Positions 47,051-57,544 of a stretch of 64,000 nt of DNA are shown here, one piece after another. The translations under genes and the position numbers were made by a program. Numbering within the stretch: the stretch's first letter is position 1; each line of letters opens with the position of its first letter. The notes below the pieces were generated by a model that saw only the letters and a program-made list of their open reading frames with translations, searched no databases and had not been told where the DNA came from. The DNA lies in assembly GCA_965216755.1 (NCBI GenBank), contig CBDCGL010000011.1:3584001-3648000 (forward strand), written 5' to 3'. The stretch is from Alphaproteobacteria bacterium (GTDB lineage Bacteria; Pseudomonadota; Alphaproteobacteria; UBA7887).

Positions 47051-47883
47051 GGATGTCGGCGCGCGTTTTTGCTTGGTTGGCGCTTTTTACCATGGTTCCC
47101 ACGGTTGACGCCGGACATGCACAAGATGACTTCATCGTCGTTGCGTCAACCACATCGACCGAGAATTCCGGGTTGTTTGAGCGTATCGTGCCGATATACG
47201 TGGCTGCAACGGGCATTGACGTGCGCGTGGTCGCGGTCGGCACCGGCCAGGCGCTGCGCATCGCGCGCAATGGCGATGCCGACGTGCTGTTGGTCCACCA
47301 CACATCGTCGGAAGAACAATTCGTGGCCGACGGTTTCGGCGTCGCGCGTTATGATTTGATGTATAACGATTTCGTCATTGTTGGGCCGCGCGATGATCCG
47401 GCCGCGATTGCCGGGACTGCGGATGCGGCGGCCGCTCTGGCCAAAGTCGCCGCGGCTCAAGTCACCTTTGTCTCGCGTGGCGATGACAGCGGCACCCACA
47501 AGAAAGAACTGCGTTTGTGGCGGGCTGCGTCCGTCGATGCGGCCGCGGCCAGCGGTACATGGTACCGCGAGCTTGGCACCGGTATGGGGGCGACGCTGAA
47601 CACCGCCGCCGCCATGGCCGCCTATGCCTTGACCGACCGGGCCACTTGGACGAACTTCCAAAACCGCGACGACATGGCGATCTTGGTCGAGGGCGACCTG
47701 GCGTTGTTCAATCAATATGGCGTGATTTTGGTCAACCCGGCGCGCCACCCCCACGTCAAGGCCGAACACGGCCAGGCGTTCATCGACTGGCTGCTGTCCA
47801 CAGATGGCCAAAACGCGATCGGCGCGTTTCGTGTCGACGGTCAGCAAGTGTTTTTTCCCAACGCCGCGGTGGACCACGAGTGA
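47044..47883 (+). CDS. tupA: Tungstate-binding periplasmic protein TupA
   Basis: ASTTSTENSGL, VGTGQAL, MYNDFVIVGP, SRGDDSGTH, DRATW, LFNQYGV. Confidence 0.92.
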   Translation: MVRMSARVFAWLALFTMVPTVDAGHAQDDFIVVASTTSTENSGLFERIVPIYVAATGIDVRVVAVGTGQALRIARNGDADVLLVHHTSSEEQFVADGFGVARYDLMYNDFVIVGPRDDPAAIAGTADAAAALAKVAAAQVTFVSRGDDSGTHKKELRLWRAASVDAAAASGTWYRELGTGMGATLNTAAAMAAYALTDRATWTNFQNRDDMAILVEGDLALFNQYGVILVNPARHPHVKAEHGQAFIDWLLSTDGQNAIGAFRVDGQQVFFPNAAVDHE

Positions 47884-48677
47884 GGATCGAAACCGTCGCG
47901 GCTGGCGGCCACGATGTTGCCGTTGCGTTTCATGGCCCGAAAGCGGATGCCGCGCCAACGCTGGTCTTTTTGCACGAAGGGTTGGGCAGCATTGGCCAAT
48001 GGCGCGACGTGCCGCACAAGCTCGCGGTGTCCACCGGTTGCGGCGCCCTGGTTTATGACCGTTGGGGCTATGGCATGTCCGCGCCTTTGCCGCCGCCTTA
48101 TGCACGGCCGGCGGATTTCATGCAACGGGAGGCACGCGGCGCCTTACCCGATCTGTTGTCCCATTTCGGTGTTCGCGACGCCGTGCTGATCGGCCACAGC
48201 GACGGCGGCACCATCGCCCTGATTGCGGCCGCCGGCAGCGACGCCCGTATTGCCGGCGTGATCGCGATCGCGGCCCACAGTTTCGTCGAACCGATTTCGA
48301 TTGAAAGCATTCAGACCATTGGTGAACGTTGGCAAACAAGCGATTTGCGCGCCAAACTGGCACGTTTTCACGGCGACAGGGTCGACGGTGCCTTTCTCGG
48401 CTGGGCGCGCACCTGGTTGGATCCCGAATTTCGCGATTTTGACATCCGGCCCTTGCTCGGCAAGATCGGTTGTCCGGTATTGGCCATGCAGGGAACCGAC
48501 GATGCCTATGGCACTGCCGCCCAGATTTCAGCGATCGCCGACAATGTCTCCGGCCCGGTGCAGACGTTGATGATCGCAGATTGTGGTCATGCGCCGCACC
48601 ACGAAGCGCCAGATCAAGTACAATCGGCGATGGTCGCGTTCATCCGAATGTGCGCGAATCGGCCCCGTTCGAAGTAA
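47880..48677 (+). CDS. Alpha/beta hydrolase
   Basis: FLHEGLGS, nucleophile elbow GHSDGG, QGTDDAYG, CGHAPH; GTG start overlaps the tupA stop. Confidence 0.88.
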   Translation: MRIETVAAGGHDVAVAFHGPKADAAPTLVFLHEGLGSIGQWRDVPHKLAVSTGCGALVYDRWGYGMSAPLPPPYARPADFMQREARGALPDLLSHFGVRDAVLIGHSDGGTIALIAAAGSDARIAGVIAIAAHSFVEPISIESIQTIGERWQTSDLRAKLARFHGDRVDGAFLGWARTWLDPEFRDFDIRPLLGKIGCPVLAMQGTDDAYGTAAQISAIADNVSGPVQTLMIADCGHAPHHEAPDQVQSAMVAFIRMCANRPRSK

Positions 48678-48783
48678 CGCGATTGCGCCAGGGGGTCGAC
48701 AGACGCGGCCACGATTGGTATCAGCAAGCGCGCCCGCCGCGCCGCGATTTTCCGATTTTGTTTCTGACTAAAGGAGATGGACC

Positions 48784-51465
48784 GTGACCGCATTTGGTCG
48801 TGACAGCCTGAACCTGCGCCGCACGCTGACCGTCAACGGACGTGACTATGATTATTTCAGCATAACCGAGGCTTCCAAGGCCGGCCTGGGGGACGTGGCG
48901 CGGTTGCCCTTCTCCTTGAAGGTGTTATTGGAAAACTTGCTCCGCTATGAAGATGGTCAGTCGGTGACGCCGGACGACGCCCGGGCGGTGGCGGCATGGC
49001 TCAAGGAGCGTCGCTCCGATCGCGAGATCGCCTACCGACCGGCGCGCGTGTTGATGCAGGATTTTACCGGCGTGCCGGCCGTCGTCGACTTGGCGGCGAT
49101 GCGCGACGCGATGGTCGCGCTTGGCGGCGATCCCAAGCGGATCAATCCTTTGTCACCGGCCGACCTGGTTATCGACCATTCGGTGCAGGTAGATAGCTTT
49201 GGCTCCGCCGACGCCTTCAAATCCAATGTGGATTTGGAAATGGGCCGCAATGGCGAGCGCTATGCCTTCCTGCGTTGGGGCCAACATGCCTTCGATAATT
49301 TCCGGGTCGTGCCGCCAGGCACCGGCATATGCCACCAAGTCAATCTCGAACATCTGGCTCAGACCGTGTGGACCGCCGATGACGATGGGCGCACCGTGGC
49401 CTACCCGGACACGCTGGTCGGTACTGATAGCCACACCACCATGGTCAACGGTCTTTCGGTGTTGGGCTGGGGCGTCGGCGGCATCGAAGCGGAGGCCGCC
49501 ATGCTCGGCCAGCCGATTTCCATGCTGATTCCGGAAGTCATTGGGGTGCGCCTGACCGGCGCCGTGCCCGAAGGCACGACGGCGACGGATTTGGTGCTGA
49601 CCGTCACCGAAATGCTGCGCGCCGAGGGCGTGGTCGGCAAGTTCGTCGAGTTTTTTGGCGATGGCCTTGGTCATCTGCCGCTCGCCGATCGCGCGACAAT
49701 CGCCAATATGGCGCCCGAATATGGCGCGACTTGCGGATTCTTCCCGGTCGATGCTGAGACGATCCGTTTTCTCGAATTCACCGGCCGTGCACCGGAACGG
49801 GTCGCCCTGGTCGAAGCCTACGCCCGCGCCCAAGGCTTGTGGCGTGACGCCGATGCACCCGATCCGCTGTTTACCAAGACCTTGTCGCTTGACATGGCAA
49901 CGGTCGAGCCCAGCTTGGCGGGGCCGAAGCGGCCGCAGGATCGCATTGCGTTATCGGGTGCGGCTGACGCGTTCGGCAAACTGTTGGCGGATGGGTACGG
50001 ACGCTCAGCCGGCAAACGGGTGCCGGTCGACGGCGCGGGCCACGACTTGGGCGATGGCGACGTCGTTATTGCGGCGATCACCAGTTGTACCAACACATCG
50101 AATCCAAGTGTCATGGTCGCGGCCGGATTGGTGGCGCGCAACGCCCTGGCGCGCGGCTTGAAGGTCAGGCCGTGGGTGAAAACCTCGTTGGCGCCGGGAT
50201 CGAAAGTGGTGACCGACTACTTGGCGGCCGCCGACCTGCAAAAAGATCTCGACGCGCTCGGCTTCAATTTGGTCGGCTATGGCTGTACCACGTGTATTGG
50301 CAATTCGGGGCCGCTGCCAGGGCCGATCGGCGAAGCGATCACCAATGGCGATTTGGTCGCGGCGTCGGTGCTGTCGGGCAATCGCAACTTCGAAGGCCGT
50401 GTTCACCAGTTGGTGCGCGCCAATTATCTCGCCTCGCCGCCACTGGTCGTGGCCTATGCGCTGGCCGGATCCCTGCAGGTTGACTTACGCAAAGACCCGA
50501 TCGGCACGGGAACCGACGGCCAGGACGTTTATCTGAAGGATATCTGGCCGTCGAATGCCGATGTACAGGCGGCGCTTGGGGCGGCGGTCAAGCCGGCCAT
50601 GTTCGCCACCCAATATGCCAATGTTTCCGAAGGCGATGACGCATGGCGGGCGATTGCGGTGCCGACCGGTGATACTTATGCCTGGCCCGAGTCGACCTAT
50701 GTCCGCAACCCGCCTTATTTTGCGCAAATGAGCCGTGACATCGGCGCCGTCACCGATATCGAAGGTGCGCGCATATTGGCGTTGCTAGGCGACAGCGTGA
50801 CGACCGACCATATTTCACCTGCCGGATCGATCCCGAAAGACACCCCGGCGGGGCAATATCTGATTGCCCAAGGCGTCGCTCCGGCCGATTTCAACAGCTT
50901 CGGCGCGCGCCGTGGCAATCACGAAGTGATGATGCGCGGCACTTTCGCCAATATCCGCTTGCGCAACGAGTTGGCGCCGGGCACCGAAGGCGGTTGGACA
51001 CGCCACATGCCCGCCGGCGAACAAATGTCGATTTACGACGCGGCAATGCAATATGCCGACGAAGGTGTGCCGTTGGTGGTGATTGCCGGCAAGGAATACG
51101 GCACCGGGTCATCGCGGGACTGGGCCGCCAAGGGCACCAATCTGCTCGGCATTCGGGCGGTAATCGTGGAGAGTTTCGAGCGGATCCACCGGTCCAACTT
51201 GGTCGGCATGGGCGTCTTGCCCCTGCAGTTCGCTGCCGGCACGTCGCGCAAGACTTTGGCCCTCGACGGCACGGAAACGCTCAGCCTGACCGGCTTGTCA
51301 CGGGATCTTGAACCGCGCGCCACCTTGACCTGCCGGATCGATCGCGCCGATGGCCGCCAAGAGCTCGTACCCTTGACCTGTCGCATCGATACCGAGGACG
51401 AGTTGAGCTATTATAAGAACGGCGGAATTCTTCACTATGTCCTGCGCAACCTGGCGGCGGTATGA
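48784..51465 (+). CDS. acnA: Aconitate hydratase AcnA
   Basis: [63 protein letters not shown]. Confidence 0.98.
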   Translation: MTAFGRDSLNLRRTLTVNGRDYDYFSITEASKAGLGDVARLPFSLKVLLENLLRYEDGQSVTPDDARAVAAWLKERRSDREIAYRPARVLMQDFTGVPAVVDLAAMRDAMVALGGDPKRINPLSPADLVIDHSVQVDSFGSADAFKSNVDLEMGRNGERYAFLRWGQHAFDNFRVVPPGTGICHQVNLEHLAQTVWTADDDGRTVAYPDTLVGTDSHTTMVNGLSVLGWGVGGIEAEAAMLGQPISMLIPEVIGVRLTGAVPEGTTATDLVLTVTEMLRAEGVVGKFVEFFGDGLGHLPLADRATIANMAPEYGATCGFFPVDAETIRFLEFTGRAPERVALVEAYARAQGLWRDADAPDPLFTKTLSLDMATVEPSLAGPKRPQDRIALSGAADAFGKLLADGYGRSAGKRVPVDGAGHDLGDGDVVIAAITSCTNTSNPSVMVAAGLVARNALARGLKVRPWVKTSLAPGSKVVTDYLAAADLQKDLDALGFNLVGYGCTTCIGNSGPLPGPIGEAITNGDLVAASVLSGNRNFEGRVHQLVRANYLASPPLVVAYALAGSLQVDLRKDPIGTGTDGQDVYLKDIWPSNADVQAALGAAVKPAMFATQYANVSEGDDAWRAIAVPTGDTYAWPESTYVRNPPYFAQMSRDIGAVTDIEGARILALLGDSVTTDHISPAGSIPKDTPAGQYLIAQGVAPADFNSFGARRGNHEVMMRGTFANIRLRNELAPGTEGGWTRHMPAGEQMSIYDAAMQYADEGVPLVVIAGKEYGTGSSRDWAAKGTNLLGIRAVIVESFERIHRSNLVGMGVLPLQFAAGTSRKTLALDGTETLSLTGLSRDLEPRATLTCRIDRADGRQELVPLTCRIDTEDELSYYKNGGILHYVLRNLAAV

Positions 51466-51590
51466 CCGACCGGCCGCCAAGGCGGTGAACGGCGCTCTGG
51501 TCCGTTCACGCGCGCCTCAATCAGAAGTGATTGGCCGCTGCGTCTGACGATGCCTACGTTTTAGAACCGACCTGGGCGAAGTAGGCGAGC

Positions 51591-52319
51591 ATGAAACGGT
51601 ACATTTATATCGCTGCACTATCCATAGGGCTTGTCTGGCCGTTGGCGACCGCCGGCGCCGGCGACACGCCCATTTTGGTGGAGATGTTCACGTCAGAGGG
51701 TTGTTCCTCATGCCCACCAGCCGACCGGTTCGCGGGCGAGCTGCGGCAGCGCGACGACGTTGTGGTGTTGAGCTTTCACGTCAACTATTGGGACTATATC
51801 GGCTGGGCCGACCGGTTCGCGACCGATGAGACCACCAATCGCCAACACGCTTACGCGCGTGCCCTGGGGCAGACCCATGTCTATACGCCGCAGGCCGTGA
51901 TCCATGGTACGACGCACAAGGTCGGTTCGGATCACGGCGCGGTCAATGCCGCGATCCGCGCCGCCGCGCTGGGTCAAAGCCCGCAGCCCTCAATCGCCTT
52001 TGAACAAATCCATCGGTCGACGGTGCGGATCAGCATTGGTGACGCGCCCACAGACGAACCGGCGGAGGTTTTCCTGGTCGGTTTCGCGAGTGAGGGGGAA
52101 AGCGAGGTCAGACGCGGCGAAAACGCGGGCCGCACCCTGAAAACCTACAATGTGGTGCACGATATCCGCCGGCTGGGAACCTGGTCCGGCGCCGCCACGG
52201 TGTTTGATTTGGCGGCCACCGAAATCATGGCTGACGGCAGCGACAATTGCGCGGTCATTGTGCAGGCGCGCGGCAACGGTCCGGTTTTCGCGGTCGCCGC
52301 ATTCGAGATGGCCAAATAA
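51591..52319 (+). CDS. DUF1223 thioredoxin-like secreted protein
   Basis: Signal peptide, EMFTSEGCSSCPPAD, HVNYWDYIGW, YTPQ, RGENAG. Confidence 0.9.
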   Translation: MKRYIYIAALSIGLVWPLATAGAGDTPILVEMFTSEGCSSCPPADRFAGELRQRDDVVVLSFHVNYWDYIGWADRFATDETTNRQHAYARALGQTHVYTPQAVIHGTTHKVGSDHGAVNAAIRAAALGQSPQPSIAFEQIHRSTVRISIGDAPTDEPAEVFLVGFASEGESEVRRGENAGRTLKTYNVVHDIRRLGTWSGAATVFDLAATEIMADGSDNCAVIVQARGNGPVFAVAAFEMAK

Positions 52320-52341
52320 ACGGTTATTGCCGGTTGTTGCG

Positions 52342-54219
52342 TTAACCGACCGCGATTCCTTTTTCCATCATTGTTGTCATGCGTTTGGAAAACGCCGCTG
52401 GGTCGGGGATCGTGTCGCCTTCGATGATGCGCGCTTGGTCCAACAGCAACCAGGCAGCATCGTCGATAAGTGAATCCGCCGGGTGGTCCTTGGCCCGCGC
52501 CACCAATGCCCTGATCAGTCCGTTTTTCGGATTGACCTCCAGAATACGTTGCGACACGCCGTGCATTTGATCGTGTTGGCGCAACATCCGTTCAAGATGC
52601 ATATCCAGGCCGGTTTCATCCGCGACCAGACAGACGGCACTGTCGGTCAGTCGGCGCGAGACTCGGACGTCTTTGACCGCTTCGCCGAGGGCTGTCTTGA
52701 GGCGCGCGATCAACAGGCCAACATCGGCCTGCGCCGGTGATTCGCCGTCGTCTTTGGTTTCGGCCGGCCCACAGGGTGCGTCGATCTTGTCCAAGTCGAT
52801 ATCGCCGCGGGTCACCGATTTAAACGGTTTGTCGGCGAAACTGTCGACGCGTGACAGCCAAAACTCATCGACCGGATCGGTCAGCAGCAACACTTCGACT
52901 CCGCGGGCAACCAAGCCTTCGATCTGTGGCGAATTGCGCAATTGTTGCTCGGCGTCGCCCGCGACATAGTAGATCGCGTCTTGCCCGGGACGCATCCGCC
53001 CGACATAGTCGTCCAACGTAACCAGGTCGTCGCCATGGGTCGATTGGCATCGCAACAATGCCAAGAGCTGTTCGCGCGCGCCGTCTTCCTCGTACAGGCC
53101 TTCTTTGATCACCGCGCCGAAATTGTCCCAGAAGGTGGCGAACGCTTCTGGTTCCTTGTCGGCTTTCTTTTTCAATTCATTGAGCACACGTTTGACGAGT
53201 GCGGCGCGAATCTTGGCAACGATCGGATTGTGCTGCAGCATCTCGCGACTGATGTTGAGCGGCAGATCTTCGGAATCGACAATGCCGGTCACGAAGCGTA
53301 GCCAGCTCGGCATCAGGTCTTTGCAGTCGTCGGTAATAAACACCCGGCGCACGTAAAGCTTCACGCGGTGTTTGCGCTCCGGCTGGAACAGGTCGAACGG
53401 CCGCGTGGACGGTACGAACAGAAGCGACGCATATTCCAGCCGCCCTTCGGCCTTCATGTGCACGGTCAGCCACGGATCATCGAATGCGTGCGCCACGTGA
53501 TGGTAGAACTCTTTGTATTGTTCTTCGCTGATCTCGTTCTTGGGGCGCGTCCACAGGGCCGATGCGGTGTTGATGGTGTCTTCCTTGCCGTCTTCCGCCA
53601 GCAAGATCGGCAGGGCGATATGGTCGGAATAGGTCTTGACGATCTGCCGCAGTCGCGCGGTCTCCAGAAACTCGCTTTCGCCCTTGCGCAAATGCAGGAC
53701 CACTTCCGTGCCGCGACGTTCGCGTGGCACCTCGTCGATGGTGTATTCGCCCGTGCCGGCCGAGCGCCATTGCCACGCTGTATCCGCGCCGGCTTTCGCC
53801 GTGGTTACGGTCACATCATCGGCGACCATGAAAGATGAATAAAATCCAACACCGAACTGGCCAATCAGCGTCGCGTCTTTGGCCTGGTCGCCGGTCATCT
53901 GGTCGACGAATGCGGCGGTCCCCGAGCGCGCGATGGTGCCTAAATTCTCGACCAGGTCGTCGCGATTCATGCCTATGCCATTATCGGTGACGCTGATGGT
54001 GCGTTTTTTTGCGTCGACGGCGATGGTGACTTTGAGATTGGGGTCGTCAACCAGCAACTCCGGCTGTGTCAGACCGGCATAGCGCAACCGGTCGCAGGCG
54101 TCGGATGCGTTGGAAATCAGTTCACGCAGGAAAATATCTTTGTGACTGTAAAGCGCGTTGACCATGAGGTTGAGCAGCTTGCTGACCTCGGCCTCAAACG
54201 CGCGCGTTTCAGCGCCCAT
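52342..54219 (-). CDS. htpG: Molecular chaperone HtpG (Hsp90)
   Basis: FLRELISNASDA, DNGIGM, LGTIARSGT, IGQFGVGFYS, LPLNISRE. Confidence 0.97.
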   Translation of the reverse strand: MGAETRAFEAEVSKLLNLMVNALYSHKDIFLRELISNASDACDRLRYAGLTQPELLVDDPNLKVTIAVDAKKRTISVTDNGIGMNRDDLVENLGTIARSGTAAFVDQMTGDQAKDATLIGQFGVGFYSSFMVADDVTVTTAKAGADTAWQWRSAGTGEYTIDEVPRERRGTEVVLHLRKGESEFLETARLRQIVKTYSDHIALPILLAEDGKEDTINTASALWTRPKNEISEEQYKEFYHHVAHAFDDPWLTVHMKAEGRLEYASLLFVPSTRPFDLFQPERKHRVKLYVRRVFITDDCKDLMPSWLRFVTGIVDSEDLPLNISREMLQHNPIVAKIRAALVKRVLNELKKKADKEPEAFATFWDNFGAVIKEGLYEEDGAREQLLALLRCQSTHGDDLVTLDDYVGRMRPGQDAIYYVAGDAEQQLRNSPQIEGLVARGVEVLLLTDPVDEFWLSRVDSFADKPFKSVTRGDIDLDKIDAPCGPAETKDDGESPAQADVGLLIARLKTALGEAVKDVRVSRRLTDSAVCLVADETGLDMHLERMLRQHDQMHGVSQRILEVNPKNGLIRALVARAKDHPADSLIDDAAWLLLDQARIIEGDTIPDPAAFSKRMTTMMEKGIAVG

Positions 54220-54305
54220 TGTGTCCCGTCCCCTTCGTTTCATCCGATCTTCGAGCCGCGCGCGGCCCCGCACGGTGCGTGCGCGCGCGACCGTCCCCGC
54301 GCTCG

Positions 54306-54334
54306 ATATGTGGAAGCCCGCTAAACAGTTCAAG
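54306..54334 (-). promoter_or_regulatory. Sigma-32 (RpoH)-type promoter of htpG
   Basis: Minus strand CTTGAA-15 nt-CCACATAT, close to the alphaproteobacterial RpoH consensus CTTGAA-N15/16-CCTATAT. Confidence 0.75.
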
Positions 54335-54386
54335 GCGTGTGGTAATTGAGGCGCCCGCGAAAGCGACCCGCGCGTTGGCCTTAACC

Positions 54387-54414
54387 CTTGTCAGGGCGAT
54401 CTAAAATGCCCATT
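54387..54414 (+). promoter_or_regulatory. Candidate RpoH-type promoter of the helicase-Hsp15 genes
   Basis: CTTGTC-16 nt-CCCATT, ending 11 nt before ATG 54426. Confidence 0.45.
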
Positions 54415-54425
54415 CTCAAGTCCGC

Positions 54426-56939
54426 ATGCAGGTTCAGACCGCGAACGGCCGCATCACAGCCGTCCTCGGCCCGACCAATACGGGCAAGACGTATTTGGCC
54501 GTCGAGCGCATGCTCGGCCACGCCAGTGGCATGATCGGGTGCCCCTTACGCCTATTGGCGCGCGAGATTTACGATCGCGTGTGTGCGATACGGGGGACCG
54601 GGCAGACGGCCCTGATCACCGGTGAAGAGCGGATCATTCCCGCGCGGCCGCGCTATTTCATTTGCACGGTCGAATCGATGCCGATCGACCGACAGGTCGA
54701 ATTCGTCGCGATCGATGAAATTCAGCTCGCCGCCGATCCCGACCGCGGCCATGTTTTCACCGATCGCTTGCTGCATGCGCGTGGTTTGTCAGAGACCATG
54801 TTTCTGGGCGCCGAAACCATGGCGCCGATCATTCGGCAATTGGTCCCGAAGGCCCAATTCGTGTCGCGGCCGCGCTTTTCAACCTTGCGATACACGGGCG
54901 AACGGAAACTCACCCGGTTGCCGCCCCGCAGCGCCGTGGTCGCGTTTTCGGCGGCCGAAGTTTACGCTTTGGCGGAAGTCATTCGCCGCGTGCGTGGCGG
55001 TACCGCGGTGGTGTTGGGCGCCCTGAGTCCGCGCACACGCAATGCCCAAGTGGAGTTGTATCAATCGGGCGAGGTCGATTATCTGGTTGCCACGGACGCG
55101 GTCGGCATGGGTCTCAACATGAACGTCGACCATGTCGCGCTGGCGGCGACGCGGAAGTTCGACGGGCGCATGCTCAGGTCCCTGCACGCCGCCGAAATCG
55201 CCCAGATTGCTGGCCGTGCGGGCCGCCACATGCGCGACGGCACCTTTGGCACGACCGCAAATATCGGCGCTCTGGATGGTGCGGATGTGTTGGCCGTTGA
55301 GAGCCACACTTTTCCCGCCTCGGCCTCGGTGTTTTGGCGCAACACGGATTTGGATTTGTCATCGGTCGCCGGCTTGTTGGCCGACTTGGAGCGAAAGCCA
55401 CGCGCCGATTGTCTACGTCGCGCGCCCGAGGGCGAGGACCTGATCTCGCTGCGCGCGCTTGCCGCCATGCCCGCGGTCGCGGCCCGCGCCACCGATTACG
55501 ATCGTGTATCGCTGCTGTGGGACGTGTGCCGTATTCCCGATTTTCGCAAGGTCATGGTCGACGCACACTTCCGCTTGCTGGCACAGATCTATGGCCATCT
55601 CACGGGTCCCAGCGAACAGCTGCCAGACGCTTGGGTTGCGCGCTTGGTCAACCATCTTGATCGCACCGAAGGTGATATCGACACCCTGGCACAGCGGATC
55701 GCCCATATTCGCACCTGGAACTATGTTGCGCACCGGCCGGGTTGGGTGGTCGATGCCGCCGGTCTGCAGGATCGTGCTCGCGCCATTGAAGACCGTCTGT
55801 CTGATGCCTTGCACCGGGCCCTGACCAATCGCTTTGTCGATCGACGCACGGCGGCGCTGGTGCGGGGGTTGCGCGCCCGCGACACGACCTTGGCGTCGGT
55901 TGGATCGGACGGCACCGTCTGTATCGAAGGTGAGCCGGTCGGCCGCCTGACTGGCCTGTCATTCTCACCCGACAACCGCACATCTTGGCAGGCCGATCGA
56001 ACCCTGCAAGCCGCGGTGCGCAGGGTCTTGATACCGGCGGTCGAAGGTCGCGCCGCGCGGTTGATCGCGTCCCGCGATGACACTTTCGCGGTCGGACAAG
56101 ACGGCACGCTCTTGTGGCGCCAGGCGCCGGTTGGTCGGATCGTGCCCGGGCCCTCGTGGCAAGATCCAGCCGTGCGCATGGCCGGTAACGACTATCTCGA
56201 TGGGGCGCGGCGCGAACTGGTTCGCGGTCGTTTGCAGGCGTGGCTGCGCCGCTACATCGATCAAGCGTTTGCCACCTTGCGCCGTGCCCAGCAGAGTGAC
56301 ACCAGCGCTGCGGTGCGCGGTTTGATGTTTCAACTGGCCGAGGCCGGGGGATCGATGCGCCGCGCCGATGTCGATGCCCAAATCAAGCTGTTGGATCGCG
56401 CCGACCGACGGCAACTCGCGCGTCTTGGAATCCGGTTGGGGCGCGACAGCGTTTATGCGCTGGACATGATCAAACCGCACGCGATCGCGGCACGGCGGCT
56501 GTTGTGGCAGGCCCAGCACGGTGAGGCCCCCGATCTGCCACCGGCGGGGGCCACGTCGGTGCCAGACGACGGCAGCGTGACACCGGATTTCTATGAGGCC
56601 ATTGGCTATCGGGTGGTTGGCCCGCGGGCGATCCGGATCGACATTTTCGAGCGACTCACCGCTGCCTTGCGTCAGCGGGCGCGGACCGGGCCGTTTCCGG
56701 CCGATGCCGCGTTGCTGGCGCAAGCTGGTTGCCGCCGGGACGAGTTCGATAGTCTACTCAAGGCGTTGGGTTATACGGCCGTGGCCCGCGACGGTGCCGA
56801 CGGACCCCAGCTTTACGCCTTTAAACGCCGACAGACTCGCAAAAGGCGTGCGCGGTCAAAGGCCGACGGCGCGCAGCGGCGCGGGTCACCCTTTGCGGTT
56901 CTCGCGCAGTTGCGCGGCGCCACCCAGCGTTCCACATAG
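54426..56939 (+). CDS. Suv3-like SF2 RNA helicase (MgpS type)
   Basis: GPTNTGKT, PLRLLARE, DEIQ, ATDAVGMGLN, QIAGRAGR. Confidence 0.9.
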   Translation: MQVQTANGRITAVLGPTNTGKTYLAVERMLGHASGMIGCPLRLLAREIYDRVCAIRGTGQTALITGEERIIPARPRYFICTVESMPIDRQVEFVAIDEIQLAADPDRGHVFTDRLLHARGLSETMFLGAETMAPIIRQLVPKAQFVSRPRFSTLRYTGERKLTRLPPRSAVVAFSAAEVYALAEVIRRVRGGTAVVLGALSPRTRNAQVELYQSGEVDYLVATDAVGMGLNMNVDHVALAATRKFDGRMLRSLHAAEIAQIAGRAGRHMRDGTFGTTANIGALDGADVLAVESHTFPASASVFWRNTDLDLSSVAGLLADLERKPRADCLRRAPEGEDLISLRALAAMPAVAARATDYDRVSLLWDVCRIPDFRKVMVDAHFRLLAQIYGHLTGPSEQLPDAWVARLVNHLDRTEGDIDTLAQRIAHIRTWNYVAHRPGWVVDAAGLQDRARAIEDRLSDALHRALTNRFVDRRTAALVRGLRARDTTLASVGSDGTVCIEGEPVGRLTGLSFSPDNRTSWQADRTLQAAVRRVLIPAVEGRAARLIASRDDTFAVGQDGTLLWRQAPVGRIVPGPSWQDPAVRMAGNDYLDGARRELVRGRLQAWLRRYIDQAFATLRRAQQSDTSAAVRGLMFQLAEAGGSMRRADVDAQIKLLDRADRRQLARLGIRLGRDSVYALDMIKPHAIAARRLLWQAQHGEAPDLPPAGATSVPDDGSVTPDFYEAIGYRVVGPRAIRIDIFERLTAALRQRARTGPFPADAALLAQAGCRRDEFDSLLKALGYTAVARDGADGPQLYAFKRRQTRKRRARSKADGAQRRGSPFAVLAQLRGATQRST

Positions 56940-56953
56940 CCGATGAGAGCAAT

Positions 56954-57382
56954 TTGAGCGACGCACCGGATGCCGCTAACCAGGCGGTCCAAAATGGCAC
57001 TGAGAATGGTGGCGCTTTGCGGCTCGACAAATGGCTTTGGTATGCACGCTTTTTCAAATCGCGCAGCCTTGCTGCACGGCTTTGTGCCGGCCAACATGTG
57101 CGCCTCAACCGACGCCGCGTGAGCAAGCCGCACACGCCCGTTCGCGTCGGCGACACACTGACTTTTCCCCAAGGGCGAACGATCCGCGTGGTGCGCGTGG
57201 CGGCGCTCGGGGTGCGCCGCGGGCCGGCCCGCGAAGCCGCCTTGTTGTATGAGGACCTGTCGCCGGCGGCCACCGATGGTGGCGCCACGCGGCCCACGAC
57301 GGCGGCACAGCGGGCGCCGGGCGCCGGACGGCCGACCAAGGTCGAACGACGCGCGATGGAACGGCTCAAGGGTCACTCTTGA
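56954..57382 (+). CDS. S4-domain RNA-binding protein (Hsp15-like)
   Basis: RLDKWLWYARFFKSRSLA, RRGPA.EA.LLYED, GRPTK.ERR. Confidence 0.9.
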   Translation: MSDAPDAANQAVQNGTENGGALRLDKWLWYARFFKSRSLAARLCAGQHVRLNRRRVSKPHTPVRVGDTLTFPQGRTIRVVRVAALGVRRGPAREAALLYEDLSPAATDGGATRPTTAAQRAPGAGRPTKVERRAMERLKGHS

Positions 57383-57544
57383 GCCGAAGGTCCAACTTGC
57401 TCACCGACAAAGGCGTGTGATAGATGAGGCGCGGTTCGGGACCGACGATTTCAGCGGCACTATCCGGCATGGCCCGATACCCAGCGGCGTGGGTGATCCC
57501 GCGAACCGACGCAACGGCTGTAAGAACCCCAGGTTAAGGTCGTC

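Noticed and set aside
47517-47879. Long N-terminal extensions in the ORF track (hydrolase, Ldh_2, livF, acyl-CoA ligase, pip, hisS, ccmI)
   Set aside because: They overlap neighbouring genes or lack family similarity; downstream starts fit RBS and coupling. No evidence for fusions or frameshifts.
57432-57508. Degenerate tRNA
   Set aside because: No TTC T-loop, no GG D-loop, no 7-nt anticodon loop and no CCA; kept only as a candidate structured RNA.
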